From Chthonomonadales bacterium (lineage in GTDB: Bacteria > Armatimonadota > Chthonomonadetes > Chthonomonadales > CAJBBX01): a stretch of DNA of 64,000 bases. Shown one piece after another: positions 19,305 to 29,258 of this stretch. Every line of letters starts with the position of its first letter. The stretch's first letter is position 1. The notes under the pieces are model-generated. The model ran no database searches. It was not told the DNA's origin and worked only from the letters and a program-made list of their open reading frames with translations. The stretch lies in contig JBBROJ010000006.1 of assembly GCA_038229495.1 (NCBI GenBank), positions 7,038 to 71,037 of the forward strand, written 5' to 3'. Made by a program: the position numbers and the translations under genes.

Positions 19305-19605
19305 ATGGTTACTGTAGGACTAGCAGTTAAGCTCGAAGCGAAGCCGGGGAAAGGAGTCGGAGGTCGAGGAGTTTCTGCGTGGCGCGTTGGCGCTTGTCAA
19401 TGCGGAACCGGACACGAAAGCGTGGTTTGCAATCCGCTTCGGACCGACGACTTTCGGCATCCTAGACGTGTTTCCAAATGAAGCCGGTAGAGAGGCCCAT
19501 CTGAACGGCAAGGTCGCCGCAGCGCTGATGGCAAAGGCCGGGGAGCTTTTCGCGCAGTCACCAGCTATCGAAAAGATCGACATCCTGGCAGCGAAGCTGA
19601 CGTAA
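19305..19605 (+). pseudogene. ABM (antibiotic-biosynthesis-monooxygenase-like) small protein with a 1-nt frame break
   Basis: ATG 19305 follows GAGGAG and reads MVTVGLAVKLEAKPGK. The +1 frame then continues ESEVEEFLRGALALVNAEPDTKAWFAIRFG..AHLNGKVAAAL... The junction is in CCGGGGAAAGGAG (19344-19356). Confidence 0.6.
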
Positions 19606-19611
19606 CGAGCG

Positions 19612-20883
19612 CTATCCGTCTCGTTGACCGGGACGCAGCAACATCTCGGAATCGGATTCGCGCGCTCCTGCCACGGGTCGCAGGAGCTTGTTCTCGTCGG
19701 CCATCGTCCCATCCGCCGCGCGAAGCAGTGTTCTGCCCGGGCGCTCCTGCTTGGCGCGCAGCCGCAGCACCGGCAAACATACCTCCGCTGCCTCTTTAAC
19801 GCGCTTCTCTCCGGTCGTCTTCGCCTCTCTTTTCGCCAACCGCTCCACAAAAGGAAACGCGCTACTGTCGCCCACCTGTTTGAACGCCTGAAGAATGGCA
19901 ACACGGAATGCAATTTGCTTCTCTGTGGCCGGCCGCAAAAAGCTGCGAGCATCTTTATACAGCGGGTTTTCGAGGGGCAGGCTGAGACAGTAGCACAGCC
20001 TGGCGCGGTGTTGTTCATCCAGAAGAGCTGAATCGCTAGCCTTAAGACGAGGCAGAAGATCGATGAGAGCCTTCTCGGATATCTCGGTAGTCTGCTTATC
20101 GTCCGTCTTCCAAACGTCGATTAGTGGGCCTATTGAACGCACGTCGAACTCCCCGGCCAGAGACGAGGCCATTTTCCGCCTCCGCTCGCGCAAGCCCCGT
20201 CTTGACGGCAGTAGATGAAGTAGTGGCAGGCCGATTCCATAGACTGCTATCAGCACAGAGAAGATCGTGCCCTTGGACTGATCAGTCACGAAAAGAAGGG
20301 TTATTAGCCCAATGAGAAGACCAACTATTGGAATGGCGACGGCGAGGCGGCGTGCAGATCGAGAGTGCCTGCGCGCCTCCTCGCTGAGCATTGCGCGTGT
20401 CGCTTCCATGATTGGGTCTTCCAGGTCCGATTCGCGTCCAACGACTATCTCGCGAGAAAGAAGTATATCGATGGTCTGCTGAATCGCTTGCGACTCCAGA
20501 GATTGGTCCATGGCGTTCACTACGAATGGAGGGTGAAGCGGTTTCACGGCCTGTTCGGGTTCAATCGCGGCGGCGGGAATCAAAGAAGAGAAGGGTGTCC
20601 TCCAGTTATCTCGTCTTATAGGGCCATTCGTGCCCGTTCTAGAATCCCGGAATAAGCGCTCAATCCAGCTCGGAGGTTGTATATGCCAAAACACATTTGA
20701 TCTTGTGGGTGCAATAAACGGCCTGGTCATCCGGTCCATCAGCGCCGAGCAAGCGAACAGCCTCTCCCGATGCTTTCTGAAGAAGCGGATCACGCTAAAG
20801 TCACTATCCTGCAAACACCCCGCAAATTCGATACAACTCGTCGGTATGAGGCGAATCCTCGTTAGTCCTTTGGGAGCAAGCAA
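19612..20883 (-). CDS. hypothetical membrane protein (two TM helices, HEAT-like C-terminal region)
   Basis: 423-aa ORF. TM segments LAVAIPIVGLLIGLITLLFV and IFSVLIAVYGIGLPLLHLL. The true start is uncertain (internal Met candidates exist). Confidence 0.45.
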   Translation of the reverse strand: MLAPKGLTRIRLIPTSCIEFAGCLQDSDFSVIRFFRKHRERLFACSALMDRMTRPFIAPTRSNVFWHIQPPSWIERLFRDSRTGTNGPIRRDNWRTPFSSLIPAAAIEPEQAVKPLHPPFVVNAMDQSLESQAIQQTIDILLSREIVVGRESDLEDPIMEATRAMLSEEARRHSRSARRLAVAIPIVGLLIGLITLLFVTDQSKGTIFSVLIAVYGIGLPLLHLLPSRRGLRERRRKMASSLAGEFDVRSIGPLIDVWKTDDKQTTEISEKALIDLLPRLKASDSALLDEQHRARLCYCLSLPLENPLYKDARSFLRPATEKQIAFRVAILQAFKQVGDSSAFPFVERLAKREAKTTGEKRVKEAAEVCLPVLRLRAKQERPGRTLLRAADGTMADENKLLRPVAGARESDSEMLLRPGQRDG

Positions 20884-21119
20884 GAGATTGCGCGGCTGAC
20901 CATTGGAGGTAACCGTACGATAGCGGGATAGTTATTGATTCTTGTCGCATATTGGAGCGCCATCCGGAGCCGATGAGCGCCAGGCAGTTGACATCGACCA
21001 TTCCCGGGGCCTGTCGAAATGACAGCGCGATCGTCACTCAGTGCGGTGACGGCCTCGCTTACCAATAGTCCCGTCTTTTTGGGGTCTATGGGGTTTGTGT
21101 GATTTAATACAAACTGCAA

Positions 21120-21152
21120 CAGAAGGGGAAGGCCATTGGCCTTCCCCTTCTG
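21120..21152 (-). terminator. intrinsic-terminator-like hairpin downstream of the sigma factor gene
   Basis: Perfect 15-bp stem CAGAAGGGGAAGGCC / ATT / GGCCTTCCCCTTCTG, 19 nt after the stop at 21171. A T-rich tract (TTGCAGTTTGTATT) follows on the minus strand. Confidence 0.7.
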
Positions 21153-21170
21153 TTGTTACGGATCGTTATA

Positions 21171-22256
21171 TTAATGCCGAATCAGCTCGGACGGACCCAG
21201 GTGGCGCAGCTTCTTTAGCGCGCGTAACTCTATCTGTCGGACCCTCTCGCGCGTAACGTGCAGGCGGGTCCCAACCTCTTCCAGAGTGCGCGCATAGCCG
21301 TCGTCAAGGCCGAAACGCATCTTCAGGACGTCTCGCTCCCGCGTGGTGAGCTTATTTAGGACTTCGTCGATCTGCTCGCGGCGAATCAGGTTCAGCGTCG
21401 CCTCCGAGGGAGAAGGGGCGGTGCTGGACTGAATGAAGTCGGACAACTGGCTGTTGTCCTTCTCTCCTACGGGCGTTTCAAGCGATAATGGCTCCAGCGC
21501 GATTCGCGTAATCTCGTTGACCCGCTCTACCGGTACTTCCAGCTCGCGGGCGATCTCTTCGACCGTTGGTTCCCGGTGCAGCTGCTGGCGAAGGCGGCTC
21601 GATGCCTTGACATACTTATGGATAATCTCGGCCACGTAGACCGGGATCCTAATTGTGCGGCCCTGATTAATTATGGCGCGAGCGATTGCACGGCGAATCC
21701 ACCAGGTTGCATAAGTGCTGAAGCGGTAACCCTTGTTGGGGTCGAACTTCTCTACCGCGCGAATGAGTCCGATGTTGCCTTCTTGAATAAGGTCGGGAAG
21801 CGGAATGCCACGGACGCTGTATTTTTTGGCGATGCTGACGACAAGGCGGAGATTCGCCTCCGTCAACTTGTCTTTGGCGCGCTTGTCGCCGCGCTGAACG
21901 GCACGGGCGAGTCGTATTTCCTCGTCGGCGGTTAAAAGTTGAGCTACGCGCGCGCGGCTCATCCACAGATGAAGGTCTTCGTCACGGTTAGAACGCCGCT
22001 CGGCCGCGTACTCTTCGGCCGCTTCCTCTCTCTCGATCGCTTGCATAATTGGAGCGGCAACCACATCTTCTTCCAGGACGCCACCCTGATGGGCGACACT
22101 GCTTTCGTAAATATTCAGCAGGTCGTCGTTCGGCTCGTCCACAAAAGACTCTTCGACCTCTTCCTCCACCAAATCGGCGGCGCTTTCCTCTTCATTCGAT
22201 TCGACCTCGCGTGAAGAGGGCAGTGGCCTCTCCAGGACGGCGCTGTTGCTACTCAT
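21171..22256 (-). CDS. rpoD: RNA polymerase sigma-70 family factor (RpoD/SigA-like)
   Basis: 361 aa. Acidic N-terminus, region 2 [40 protein letters not shown], and region 4 [23 protein letters not shown]. Confidence 0.9.
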   Translation of the reverse strand: MSSNSAVLERPLPSSREVESNEEESAADLVEEEVEESFVDEPNDDLLNIYESSVAHQGGVLEEDVVAAPIMQAIEREEAAEEYAAERRSNRDEDLHLWMSRARVAQLLTADEEIRLARAVQRGDKRAKDKLTEANLRLVVSIAKKYSVRGIPLPDLIQEGNIGLIRAVEKFDPNKGYRFSTYATWWIRRAIARAIINQGRTIRIPVYVAEIIHKYVKASSRLRQQLHREPTVEEIARELEVPVERVNEITRIALEPLSLETPVGEKDNSQLSDFIQSSTAPSPSEATLNLIRREQIDEVLNKLTTRERDVLKMRFGLDDGYARTLEEVGTRLHVTRERVRQIELRALKKLRHLGPSELIRH

Positions 22257-22706
22257 TTAGTACCCCTCCTTGTGTCGGGTGACCCGTAGTGATCGTTTTG
22301 TAGCTTCGTGTCGCTATTCACACCTTGGTCTATCTGCTCGATCGTTACGTTCCGGTTTCACAGTTTGTGGGGCGTTTCTGCGTCGGCTCCCAATAGCAAA
22401 GCAGTCGCGTCGGGGCGCTGTGAAAGAGAATAATTTATAAAGCGGCGAAAAGATTGGCCGCCCTGAACGTTGTGTCTAGTAATTTAATTGCATATTACGA
22501 GTTCCATAGTTTATGACTTTTTTCACAAACCCCCTCGAACGGCCCAATAATGTGCTTATTCTCCACTATTATAGGGAAGCCGGGGTCGATTGTCAAGCAC
22601 TAATTTGTCTCCAATTGCCTCTGAAACGCTGTTTCCGCCCAACTAGCGACGGTTTGTGCACGAAGTTGCGATGTAGGTGTGCACTATTTCACAGTCTACT
22701 TGCCCG

Positions 22707-22800
22707 CTGCCTACCTGCTGCCTACCTGCTGCCTACCTACCTTAGTCCTAAACCTAGTCCTAAACCTAGTCCTAAACTTAGTCCTAAACTTGGTCCTGCC
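22707..22800. repeat. two adjacent tandem-repeat arrays abutting the desulfurase stop codon
   Basis: CTGCCTACCTG x3 at 22707-22739 (11-bp unit), then [C/T]TAGTCCTAAAC x4 plus a degenerate fifth copy at 22742-22800 (12-bp unit). The stop TAA is at 22803-22801. Confidence 0.9.
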
Positions 22801-23952
22801 TTAGCGTGCGAGCGAGCGGAGATTACAGACGATCTCCCGCAGTTTCTCTATGGTGTACTCCACCGCTTCAGCAGTAGTCGAAGCTCCCAGCGTCAAGCGG
22901 AGCGCCCCTCTTGCTCGCTGAACCGGAACTCGCATTGCGAGGAGCACGTGAGAAGGCTCCACGGAACCGGTGGTGCAGGCCGAGCCCGCCGATGCGTATA
23001 TACCCGCCTGATCCAACGCAAGGAGTAGCGATTCGCCCTCCAGCCCATCGAAACAGAAATGGACGTTGTTGGAGAGCCTTGCTTCTCCGGGCCCCATCAA
23101 TATCGCGTCCGGAATACCGCTTTCGATGCCCTCTATCAAGCGGTCGCGGAGAACTGTCAATCTCTCATTCTCCGCCGCCCCAAAGAGTCCTGCAAGTTTT
23201 ATCGCGCTATGAAAACCTACGATTGCCGGTACGTTGAGAGTTCCGGCCCGCCGTCCTTTTTCCTGCTCGCCCCCTTCCAGCAAGCTCGCAATTCGTGTGC
23301 CGCGCCGAACATACAGCGCGCCGACACCCTTGGGTCCATAGAGCTTGTGCGCGGAAAGAGACATGAGAGAGGCACCCATTCGGTCAACGTCAATCTCAAG
23401 CTTTCCCAGCGCCTGCACGGCGTCCGTATGAAACGGCGCTTCGCGCTCGCGGCAGATCGTTCCTATCTCTTCTATGGGCTCAATGGCGCCGACCTCGTTG
23501 TTGGCGTACATTACAGAGACCAGGCATGTTTCCCTACGGATACGCTTTGCAATCCAGCCTGGTTCCACAATACCACGTGAATCTACCGGGATGAATTCGA
23601 CGTCGAAGCCAGCGCGCTGCAATGACTTGCACGGATCGAGTACCGCATGATGCTCGATGGCGGTGGTCAGCAGATGCCTCCGGCTATCCGGAGCCGCGCT
23701 TGCAATGCCCTTGATCGCCCAGTTGCCGGCCTCCGTTCCGCCCGATGTAAAGAATATCTCGTCAGGGTCCGCGCCGACGGCGTCTGCGATATATTCGCGC
23801 GCGTTGTCTACCGCGTCCCTGGCCTCCGCGCCTGCCGAGTAGATGGTTGCCGGGTTACCATAGACCTCGCCAAAGTACGGCAGCATATCCTGAAGTACCT
23901 CAGGCGCTACCGGTGTCGTGGCCGCATGATCGAGATATATTGGCAGTTCCAT
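22801..23952 (-). CDS. cysteine desulfurase (NifS/IscS class, PLP-dependent)
   Basis: 383 aa. Motifs: IYLDHAATTP, the PLP-lysine motif SLSAHKLYGPKG, and the active-site loop SAGSACTTGS. Confidence 0.9.
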   Translation of the reverse strand: MELPIYLDHAATTPVAPEVLQDMLPYFGEVYGNPATIYSAGAEARDAVDNAREYIADAVGADPDEIFFTSGGTEAGNWAIKGIASAAPDSRRHLLTTAIEHHAVLDPCKSLQRAGFDVEFIPVDSRGIVEPGWIAKRIRRETCLVSVMYANNEVGAIEPIEEIGTICREREAPFHTDAVQALGKLEIDVDRMGASLMSLSAHKLYGPKGVGALYVRRGTRIASLLEGGEQEKGRRAGTLNVPAIVGFHSAIKLAGLFGAAENERLTVLRDRLIEGIESGIPDAILMGPGEARLSNNVHFCFDGLEGESLLLALDQAGIYASAGSACTTGSVEPSHVLLAMRVPVQRARGALRLTLGASTTAEAVEYTIEKLREIVCNLRSLAR

Positions 23953-24113
23953 TATGGGAGGCGCGATTCATTGGGGAAGTCGCGACGACGCGCGATCGAG
24001 ACTAGTGTTCGAGACTCTATACGACTCGGAAGGGGGCAATGCCTGCGGAGAGTCCCGGCTCGCTTGAAACTTGCAAGTTCTCGGCCGGATCAGGACGCGC
24101 AGAGGATTAGCGA

Positions 24114-25094
24114 TCAGGGGTTGGGGGCGGGCAGCGAAGGGCCTGGGGGCAGCTGGGTTTCTCCGCCGCCGCGTGGAACATTGGCAGGCGTGCCGGTCGA
24201 GCCTGGCTGGTTTGGCGCGGAGTTAGATGAAGAAGGAGAAGAAACGGGTGTCTGCAAATCCGGCTTTGGCGGGATGAGCGCCGCCGTCTCCTTGTACGCC
24301 TGCTCGGCTTCTATAAAGCGCGGCGATATCTTTACGGCCCGCTGAAAGGCGACGGCGGCGTCTTCGTAACGACCCTTCTTGAAATAGGCTTTGCCGAGGT
24401 GGTACAGAACCTCCGGCTGACGTGGAATGGCATATGCCGCTCGGACAAGATCGGTGACAGCCTCGTCCACGCGGCCCTGTTGATACTTTACCCAGCCCAC
24501 GCTGTCCAGATAGGTCGCGGTCTCTTCCTCCGAGCGGCCCTCCGTAGTGGATCGATTCACGGCCCGCTGCGTAAGGTCCAGAGCCTCCGGAAGTTTTTCC
24601 AGCACCGGGATGTCCGCGTACACGTAGCCGAGCAGGTTCATGGCCGAAGGGTCTTCAGGGTCGAGATCGTACCCCTCCCTGGCGAGCTTGATAGCCTTGT
24701 CCTTCTGCCCGAGGCCGATATATGCCGAAGTGACAGCCCCGTACGCCGCCCATCGCGCCGGATGATCGGCTTTTGGGGTCTGCTTCAAGGCGATCTCGCC
24801 ATAACGCGTGGCAAGGTCCCAATCACGCAGTTCCGCGCACACGGCAGTAATCTGCACGGCGGTCCGGGCGTCGCCATCCGCTGCTTTGATCGCCGCGTCG
24901 AGCTGTTGAATCGCCTGGGTCCGGTCGCCGCGCTGGAGAAGCGCGACGGCTCGAATCGTCTCCTGCGAACCGGCGGGAGGGCGCAAGGGCAGCATCTGGT
25001 TGCAGCCGCCAAGCAGTATCAGGCCGCCAATCGCCAGGCTCCGAATAGCGGCTAGACGCGCCGTCGCCGCGGGAATCTTACTCCTTCGTTTCAT
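24114..25094 (-). CDS. TPR-repeat lipoprotein
   Basis: Lipobox LILLGGC. Several TPR-like units (AIKLAREGYDLDPEDPSAMNLLGYVY, YHLGKAYFKKGRYEDA). Pro/Ser-rich tail. Confidence 0.7.
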   Translation of the reverse strand: MKRRSKIPAATARLAAIRSLAIGGLILLGGCNQMLPLRPPAGSQETIRAVALLQRGDRTQAIQQLDAAIKAADGDARTAVQITAVCAELRDWDLATRYGEIALKQTPKADHPARWAAYGAVTSAYIGLGQKDKAIKLAREGYDLDPEDPSAMNLLGYVYADIPVLEKLPEALDLTQRAVNRSTTEGRSEEETATYLDSVGWVKYQQGRVDEAVTDLVRAAYAIPRQPEVLYHLGKAYFKKGRYEDAAVAFQRAVKISPRFIEAEQAYKETAALIPPKPDLQTPVSSPSSSNSAPNQPGSTGTPANVPRGGGETQLPPGPSLPAPNP

Positions 25095-25147
25095 GCTGTG
25101 TCCTAAGACTCTCCCCGATGGTCATGGGCTGGAACGTCTCGCGGCTT

Positions 25148-25963
25148 TTACCCAAGATACTGAATCAGATCGTGGAGCTCTGTGCCGCTCGTGACTTCAA
25201 GAAAAATATCTTCCAGCGAGCGGGCTTCACCGGAGCCGCCCGATGCGTTCGCACGCAGCTCCTCCATCGTGCCGGTCGCTGCAATCTTCCCTCGATTTAT
25301 TATGGCGAACCGGTCGCACATCCGCTCGGCAATCTCCAGAATGTGCGTGGAAACGAACACCGTCGTGCCCTCATCGCAGAGTTTTCGGAGCACGTCTTTC
25401 ATCAGCCGGGCGCTCTTCGGGTCAAGGCCGACGGTCGGCTCATCCAGGAAAATGACCTTGGGCTGATGTATCAGCGCGCCCGCGAGCGCAATCTTCTGGC
25501 GCATGCCGCGGGAGTAGCCTTGAATCAGGGCGTCTCCCTTCTCCTCCAGCTCGAACAGGTGGAGGAGGTCATCGATCTTGCGTCCTCGATTGGTGGCATC
25601 GACAGAATAGAGGTCGGCCATGAATCGAATGAATTCGCGGCCGGTAAGCTTCTCATACAAAAAGGGGTTGTCGGGGATGTAGCCGAAGAGCGCCTTCGCT
25701 TTCAGGGGATCGGTCTGTATATCGTAGCCGCCGATGATCGCGGTGCCCGCGCTGGGACGCAGCAGGCCGGTCATCATCTTAATCGAGGTGGTTTTGCCCG
25801 CGCCATTCGGCCCCAGGAAACCGAAAAGCTCGCCCGCTCCCACGGTTAGATCCAGATGGTCTACTGCCCGGAGGCCCCCGAACGTCTTCTCCAGTCCCTG
25901 GCAGACAATCATCGGCGCGCGCTGAACGGGGACTGTTGGCGGGATTATGTTTTCGGTCATCAA
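25148..25963 (-). CDS. ABC transporter ATP-binding protein (ABC-2/DrrA-like)
   Basis: Walker A GPNGAGKTT, signature-like YSRGMRQK, Walker B VIFLDEPTVGLD. No adjacent permease gene. Confidence 0.85.
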   Translation of the reverse strand: MMTENIIPPTVPVQRAPMIVCQGLEKTFGGLRAVDHLDLTVGAGELFGFLGPNGAGKTTSIKMMTGLLRPSAGTAIIGGYDIQTDPLKAKALFGYIPDNPFLYEKLTGREFIRFMADLYSVDATNRGRKIDDLLHLFELEEKGDALIQGYSRGMRQKIALAGALIHQPKVIFLDEPTVGLDPKSARLMKDVLRKLCDEGTTVFVSTHILEIAERMCDRFAIINRGKIAATGTMEELRANASGGSGEARSLEDIFLEVTSGTELHDLIQYLG

Positions 25964-26075
25964 GCTATCGGAATTCCTTGCAAAGCTGAAGTGCCGGAGT
26001 CACTTAACTCTGACCGTGCGTAAGGATGCCAGCATTATTTACGCGCGAGGGCCGACAGCCCCTCGTAACAGTCAG

Positions 26076-27002
26076 TCACTTCACGACAATTGTGCGCAGG
26101 GATGCCAGCAGATCTCGACCATTCTCTTCGACCCAGATGGCGACATAGTATAATCCGGGGCTATTTTGATAGGCCGGCGGCGCGGTCACGCTGAATCGGC
26201 CGCCCGGAGTCGCCTGAACCCTGCGCAGCGATTTGTACGGTGCGGGCCAGTACGTCACGTGGGCGGACGGTATCGTGTAGGAGCGGGTTTCCGCAAGCTG
26301 CTCCCGCGTCATCGCGGCAGGCAGTGGGGCTCTGCCAATTCCGATGGACCGAAATCGCGCGCTTCCGAGCTTCTTGCCGGAAATAGTGATTTCATCGTTG
26401 AGGCCGCATGATATTGGAATCGGATCCGCCTCAATGTATTTATCTACGAACTCCTGCGCGTTGCCCAGGGTCCGAACGTTTCGGTCTCCCGCGCGGGCAA
26501 GACCGATTCCCACGTGCGTATGTTCCGGGGCCAGGATATTGCGGCGGTGGCCGTCGTGAGGGGGAGTCTCGTTAAGATAGGACGCTTCGATCTCCTCGAT
26601 CTCCCGGCGCGTAAACGCGGCATTATTAAGCAAGGGCAGGGGAGCATTCGCGTCGGCGGCCTCGCCGCGATAGCGCGTGGTGCTGAGATAAACGTTCTCC
26701 CTGTCGTAAGACGTGCCGCCCGCATCCGTATAGCGCTGGTCCGGCGGCTTCCCCGCCAGATTGTAGTGCGAAAGGTAGCGCTGCGCGGCCATCTCATCCG
26801 CATGCTTCTGTCCCGCACTAGAAGCAATTAGGTCAAGAGCCACTGGCAGAAGGTCCTTCGTGGCGCGGTCCCGGTTGATCAACTGAAGCATATAAGCTCG
26901 CGCCTCTTCCAGCGGCAATCGGTCCGCCTGCCGCGACAACGGATCGATGCCCAATGATATCGAGGCTGCCAATAGAACAAGGGATAAAATGCGGTTACGC
27001 AT
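26076..27002 (-). CDS. secreted CAP/SCP (YkwD-like) domain protein with C-terminal beta-rich extension
   Basis: Start re-picked at ATG 27002 (MRNRILSLVLLAASISLG signal peptide). CAP motifs SSAGQKHADEMAAQRYLSH and GHRRNILAPEHTHVGIG. Confidence 0.7.
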   Translation of the reverse strand: MRNRILSLVLLAASISLGIDPLSRQADRLPLEEARAYMLQLINRDRATKDLLPVALDLIASSAGQKHADEMAAQRYLSHYNLAGKPPDQRYTDAGGTSYDRENVYLSTTRYRGEAADANAPLPLLNNAAFTRREIEEIEASYLNETPPHDGHRRNILAPEHTHVGIGLARAGDRNVRTLGNAQEFVDKYIEADPIPISCGLNDEITISGKKLGSARFRSIGIGRAPLPAAMTREQLAETRSYTIPSAHVTYWPAPYKSLRRVQATPGGRFSVTAPPAYQNSPGLYYVAIWVEENGRDLLASLRTIVVK

Positions 27003-27022
27003 AGCACGCCTCAACTGGATTA

Positions 27023-27132
27023 ACGTGTAAAACGCATGTCGCGCCACGCATATAAGACAAGTACCATGCCACCCGTGTAAAACAGGAGTCTGGGGAGCCT
27101 CCGGCTAAACGTCCTCCGGACGGAAATCCCGT
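27023..27132 (-). repeat. intergenic repeat module copy A (degenerate 25-bp triplet plus twin hairpin)
   Basis: Aligns with 29259-29371. The core 27088-27132 matches 29326-29371 at about 39 of 45 positions with one indel (manual alignment). Confidence 0.8.
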
Positions 27133-27145
27133 ACTTATTGGGTTG

Positions 27146-28009
27146 TTACCGCGGTCCAAAGCGTGCCTCTACAACACGCTCGATGCCGGCCAGATCGCGA
27201 TGTATATTGACCTCGGCGAACCCCGCCTGATGGAACAAAGACGCCAGTCGGAGGGCCTGGCCATCGGCCACCTCTATACCGATGATTCCACGCGGCTTCA
27301 GAACGCGCTTAGCTTGGGTCAGCAGACGGCGGTGAAAGTCGAAGCCATCCTCCCCCCCGTCTAGGGCCATGCGCGGCTCATAGTCGCGTACCTCGGGCTG
27401 AAGCCCCGGAAGCTCGGCTGTTGGAATGTAGGGCGGATTGGAAACCACCAGATCGACGGAACCGCCGGCTATCGGGTCGAGCATGTCCCCGCGGACATAA
27501 GTCACCCGGTCGGCAACGCCATTGCGGACGGCGTTTTTTCTCGCGATCGCGAGCGCCACTTCGGATAGGTCGACGCCAACTCCGCGGGCATGTGGCAGGT
27601 GAACAGCCGCGCTTATCCCGATACACCCGCTGCCGCTTCCGGCATCGACAATGAGGGGACCGGGGCGGCCGCTGAGATGCCGAATCGCAAGCTCTACCAG
27701 AAGCTCCGTCTCCGGGCGTGGGATGAGCACGGCGGGAGTGACCTCAAACGTCAGTCCGTAAAATTCCTGCATACCCCCAAGATAGGCCAGCGGTACGCGT
27801 CGCTCGCGCTCCGACACCAACCGCTCAAGCTCGCGTGCCTGCTGCTGATTCGGTTGAATGTCGTCGCCCCGGAGAATCACCACCCTTGGAAGGCCAATTG
27901 CAAGCCCGAGAAGAAGCTGGGCTTCGAGTTGCGGCGCTTGTACTCCTGCGGCGACGAGCCGCTGGATGACCTGCCTATATAGAACCTGGGCTGGGTGGAC
28001 TCGTGACAT
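27146..28009 (-). CDS. prmC: release-factor glutamine N5-methyltransferase
   Basis: 287 aa. SAM motif DAGSGSGCIG and catalytic VSNPPYIP. Located immediately downstream of prfA. Confidence 0.9.
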   Translation of the reverse strand: MSRVHPAQVLYRQVIQRLVAAGVQAPQLEAQLLLGLAIGLPRVVILRGDDIQPNQQQARELERLVSERERRVPLAYLGGMQEFYGLTFEVTPAVLIPRPETELLVELAIRHLSGRPGPLIVDAGSGSGCIGISAAVHLPHARGVGVDLSEVALAIARKNAVRNGVADRVTYVRGDMLDPIAGGSVDLVVSNPPYIPTAELPGLQPEVRDYEPRMALDGGEDGFDFHRRLLTQAKRVLKPRGIIGIEVADGQALRLASLFHQAGFAEVNIHRDLAGIERVVEARFGPR

Positions 28010-28106
28010 ATGCTCTTGAGATCCACGGGTTGGAACCCAGGGATCGCGACTGTTGGTGCAAATTCGGCCTACGCCGACTCCCCACGCAGTTATACATATA
28101 CAAGCC

Positions 28107-29198
28107 CTAAATTGAGACCGACGCTTCGCTCTCGGCCCGCAGCTTGTCCGCCTGGTCCGCCGCTACAAGCCGGTCGATAAAGGGCTGGATCTCGCCGTCC
28201 AGCACTGCGGGGACGTTCCAAACCGTGAAGTTGATTCGGTGGTCCGTCACGCGGCCATCTGGGAAGTTGTAGGTGCGAATCTTTTCGCTTCGGTCGCCGG
28301 TTCCCACCTGGGAGCGCCGCGCTTCGGTACGATTGCTGTTGGATATGTTTAGCTCGCGCTCGTAGAGCTTGGCTCGAAGCTGGCGGTATGCCTTTTCCTT
28401 GTTCTGAAACTGGCTCCGCTCATCCTGGCACTGGACCACGATTCCGGTCGGCTTGTGGATCATGCGAATGGCGGTTGCGACCTTTTGTACGTTCTGGCCG
28501 CCCGCGCTGGAGGAGTGAGAAATCTGAATTTCCACGTCGCCCGGATTGATTTCCACTTCCACCTCCTCGGCCTCCGGCAGCACCGCCACAGTCGCCGTGG
28601 ACGTATGTATGCGCCCGCTTGATTCGGTGGCGGGCACCCGCTGCACGCGGTGGACGCCGCTCTCGAACTTGAGCTGGCTGAAGGCCCCGCTTCCCAGAAT
28701 GGAGATGACGACGTCGGTAAAGCCGCCGATTCCGGTGTCCTGAAAGTTCATGATCTCGACCTTCCAGCCGCGCCGCTCCGCGTATCGGGAGTACATGCGG
28801 AACAGCTCGCCCGCAAAAAGAGCCGCCTCCTCACCGCCCGCCGCCGGGCGAATCTCGACAATGACGTTCTTGGTGTCGTTGGGATTATTCGGGAGAAGCA
28901 GGAGCTTGAGCTGCTGTTCCAGATCATCTCGCAGCGGACGAAGTTTCTGCAATTCCCCTTCCGCGAGATCCCTCATTTCGGAGTCGTTCAGAAGCTCTTC
29001 GGATTCTTCGATCTGTTGCAGCGCTCGCCGGTATTCGCGGTAGATAGTGACGAGCGGCTCAAGATCGCTCCAGGCCTTGTTCACTTGATGATACTGCTTT
29101 ATGTCGGATGTAATGTTGGGGTCGAGCATCTGCGCGCCCAACTGCTCAAAGCGCGCTTCGAGCGCATCCAGTTTGTTTTGCGCCTGTTCCAGTGACAC
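28107..29198 (-). CDS. prfA: peptide chain release factor 1
   Basis: PAT tripeptide (RVPATESSGRIHTS) and GGQ motif (SSSAGGQNVQKV). Start re-picked at GTG 29198, 9 nt after GGAGG, because the ORF-track extension runs into the repeat module. Confidence 0.92.
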   Translation of the reverse strand: MSLEQAQNKLDALEARFEQLGAQMLDPNITSDIKQYHQVNKAWSDLEPLVTIYREYRRALQQIEESEELLNDSEMRDLAEGELQKLRPLRDDLEQQLKLLLLPNNPNDTKNVIVEIRPAAGGEEAALFAGELFRMYSRYAERRGWKVEIMNFQDTGIGGFTDVVISILGSGAFSQLKFESGVHRVQRVPATESSGRIHTSTATVAVLPEAEEVEVEINPGDVEIQISHSSSAGGQNVQKVATAIRMIHKPTGIVVQCQDERSQFQNKEKAYRQLRAKLYERELNISNSNRTEARRSQVGTGDRSEKIRTYNFPDGRVTDHRINFTVWNVPAVLDGEIQPFIDRLVAADQADKLRAESEASVSI

Positions 29199-29258
29199 CG
29201 GAACATACCTCCGTCGGTCGAACTTGAGAAATATTGTTTGACAGCCGTCGCATCGTCC

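Noticed and set aside
22513-23028. 171-aa plus-strand ORF with a PKPSPKPSPKLSPKLGP repeat, possibly a Pro-rich protein
   Set aside because: The repeat is simply the translation of the 12-bp intergenic tandem array. The ORF then runs antisense into the desulfurase gene. It has no SD or start context.
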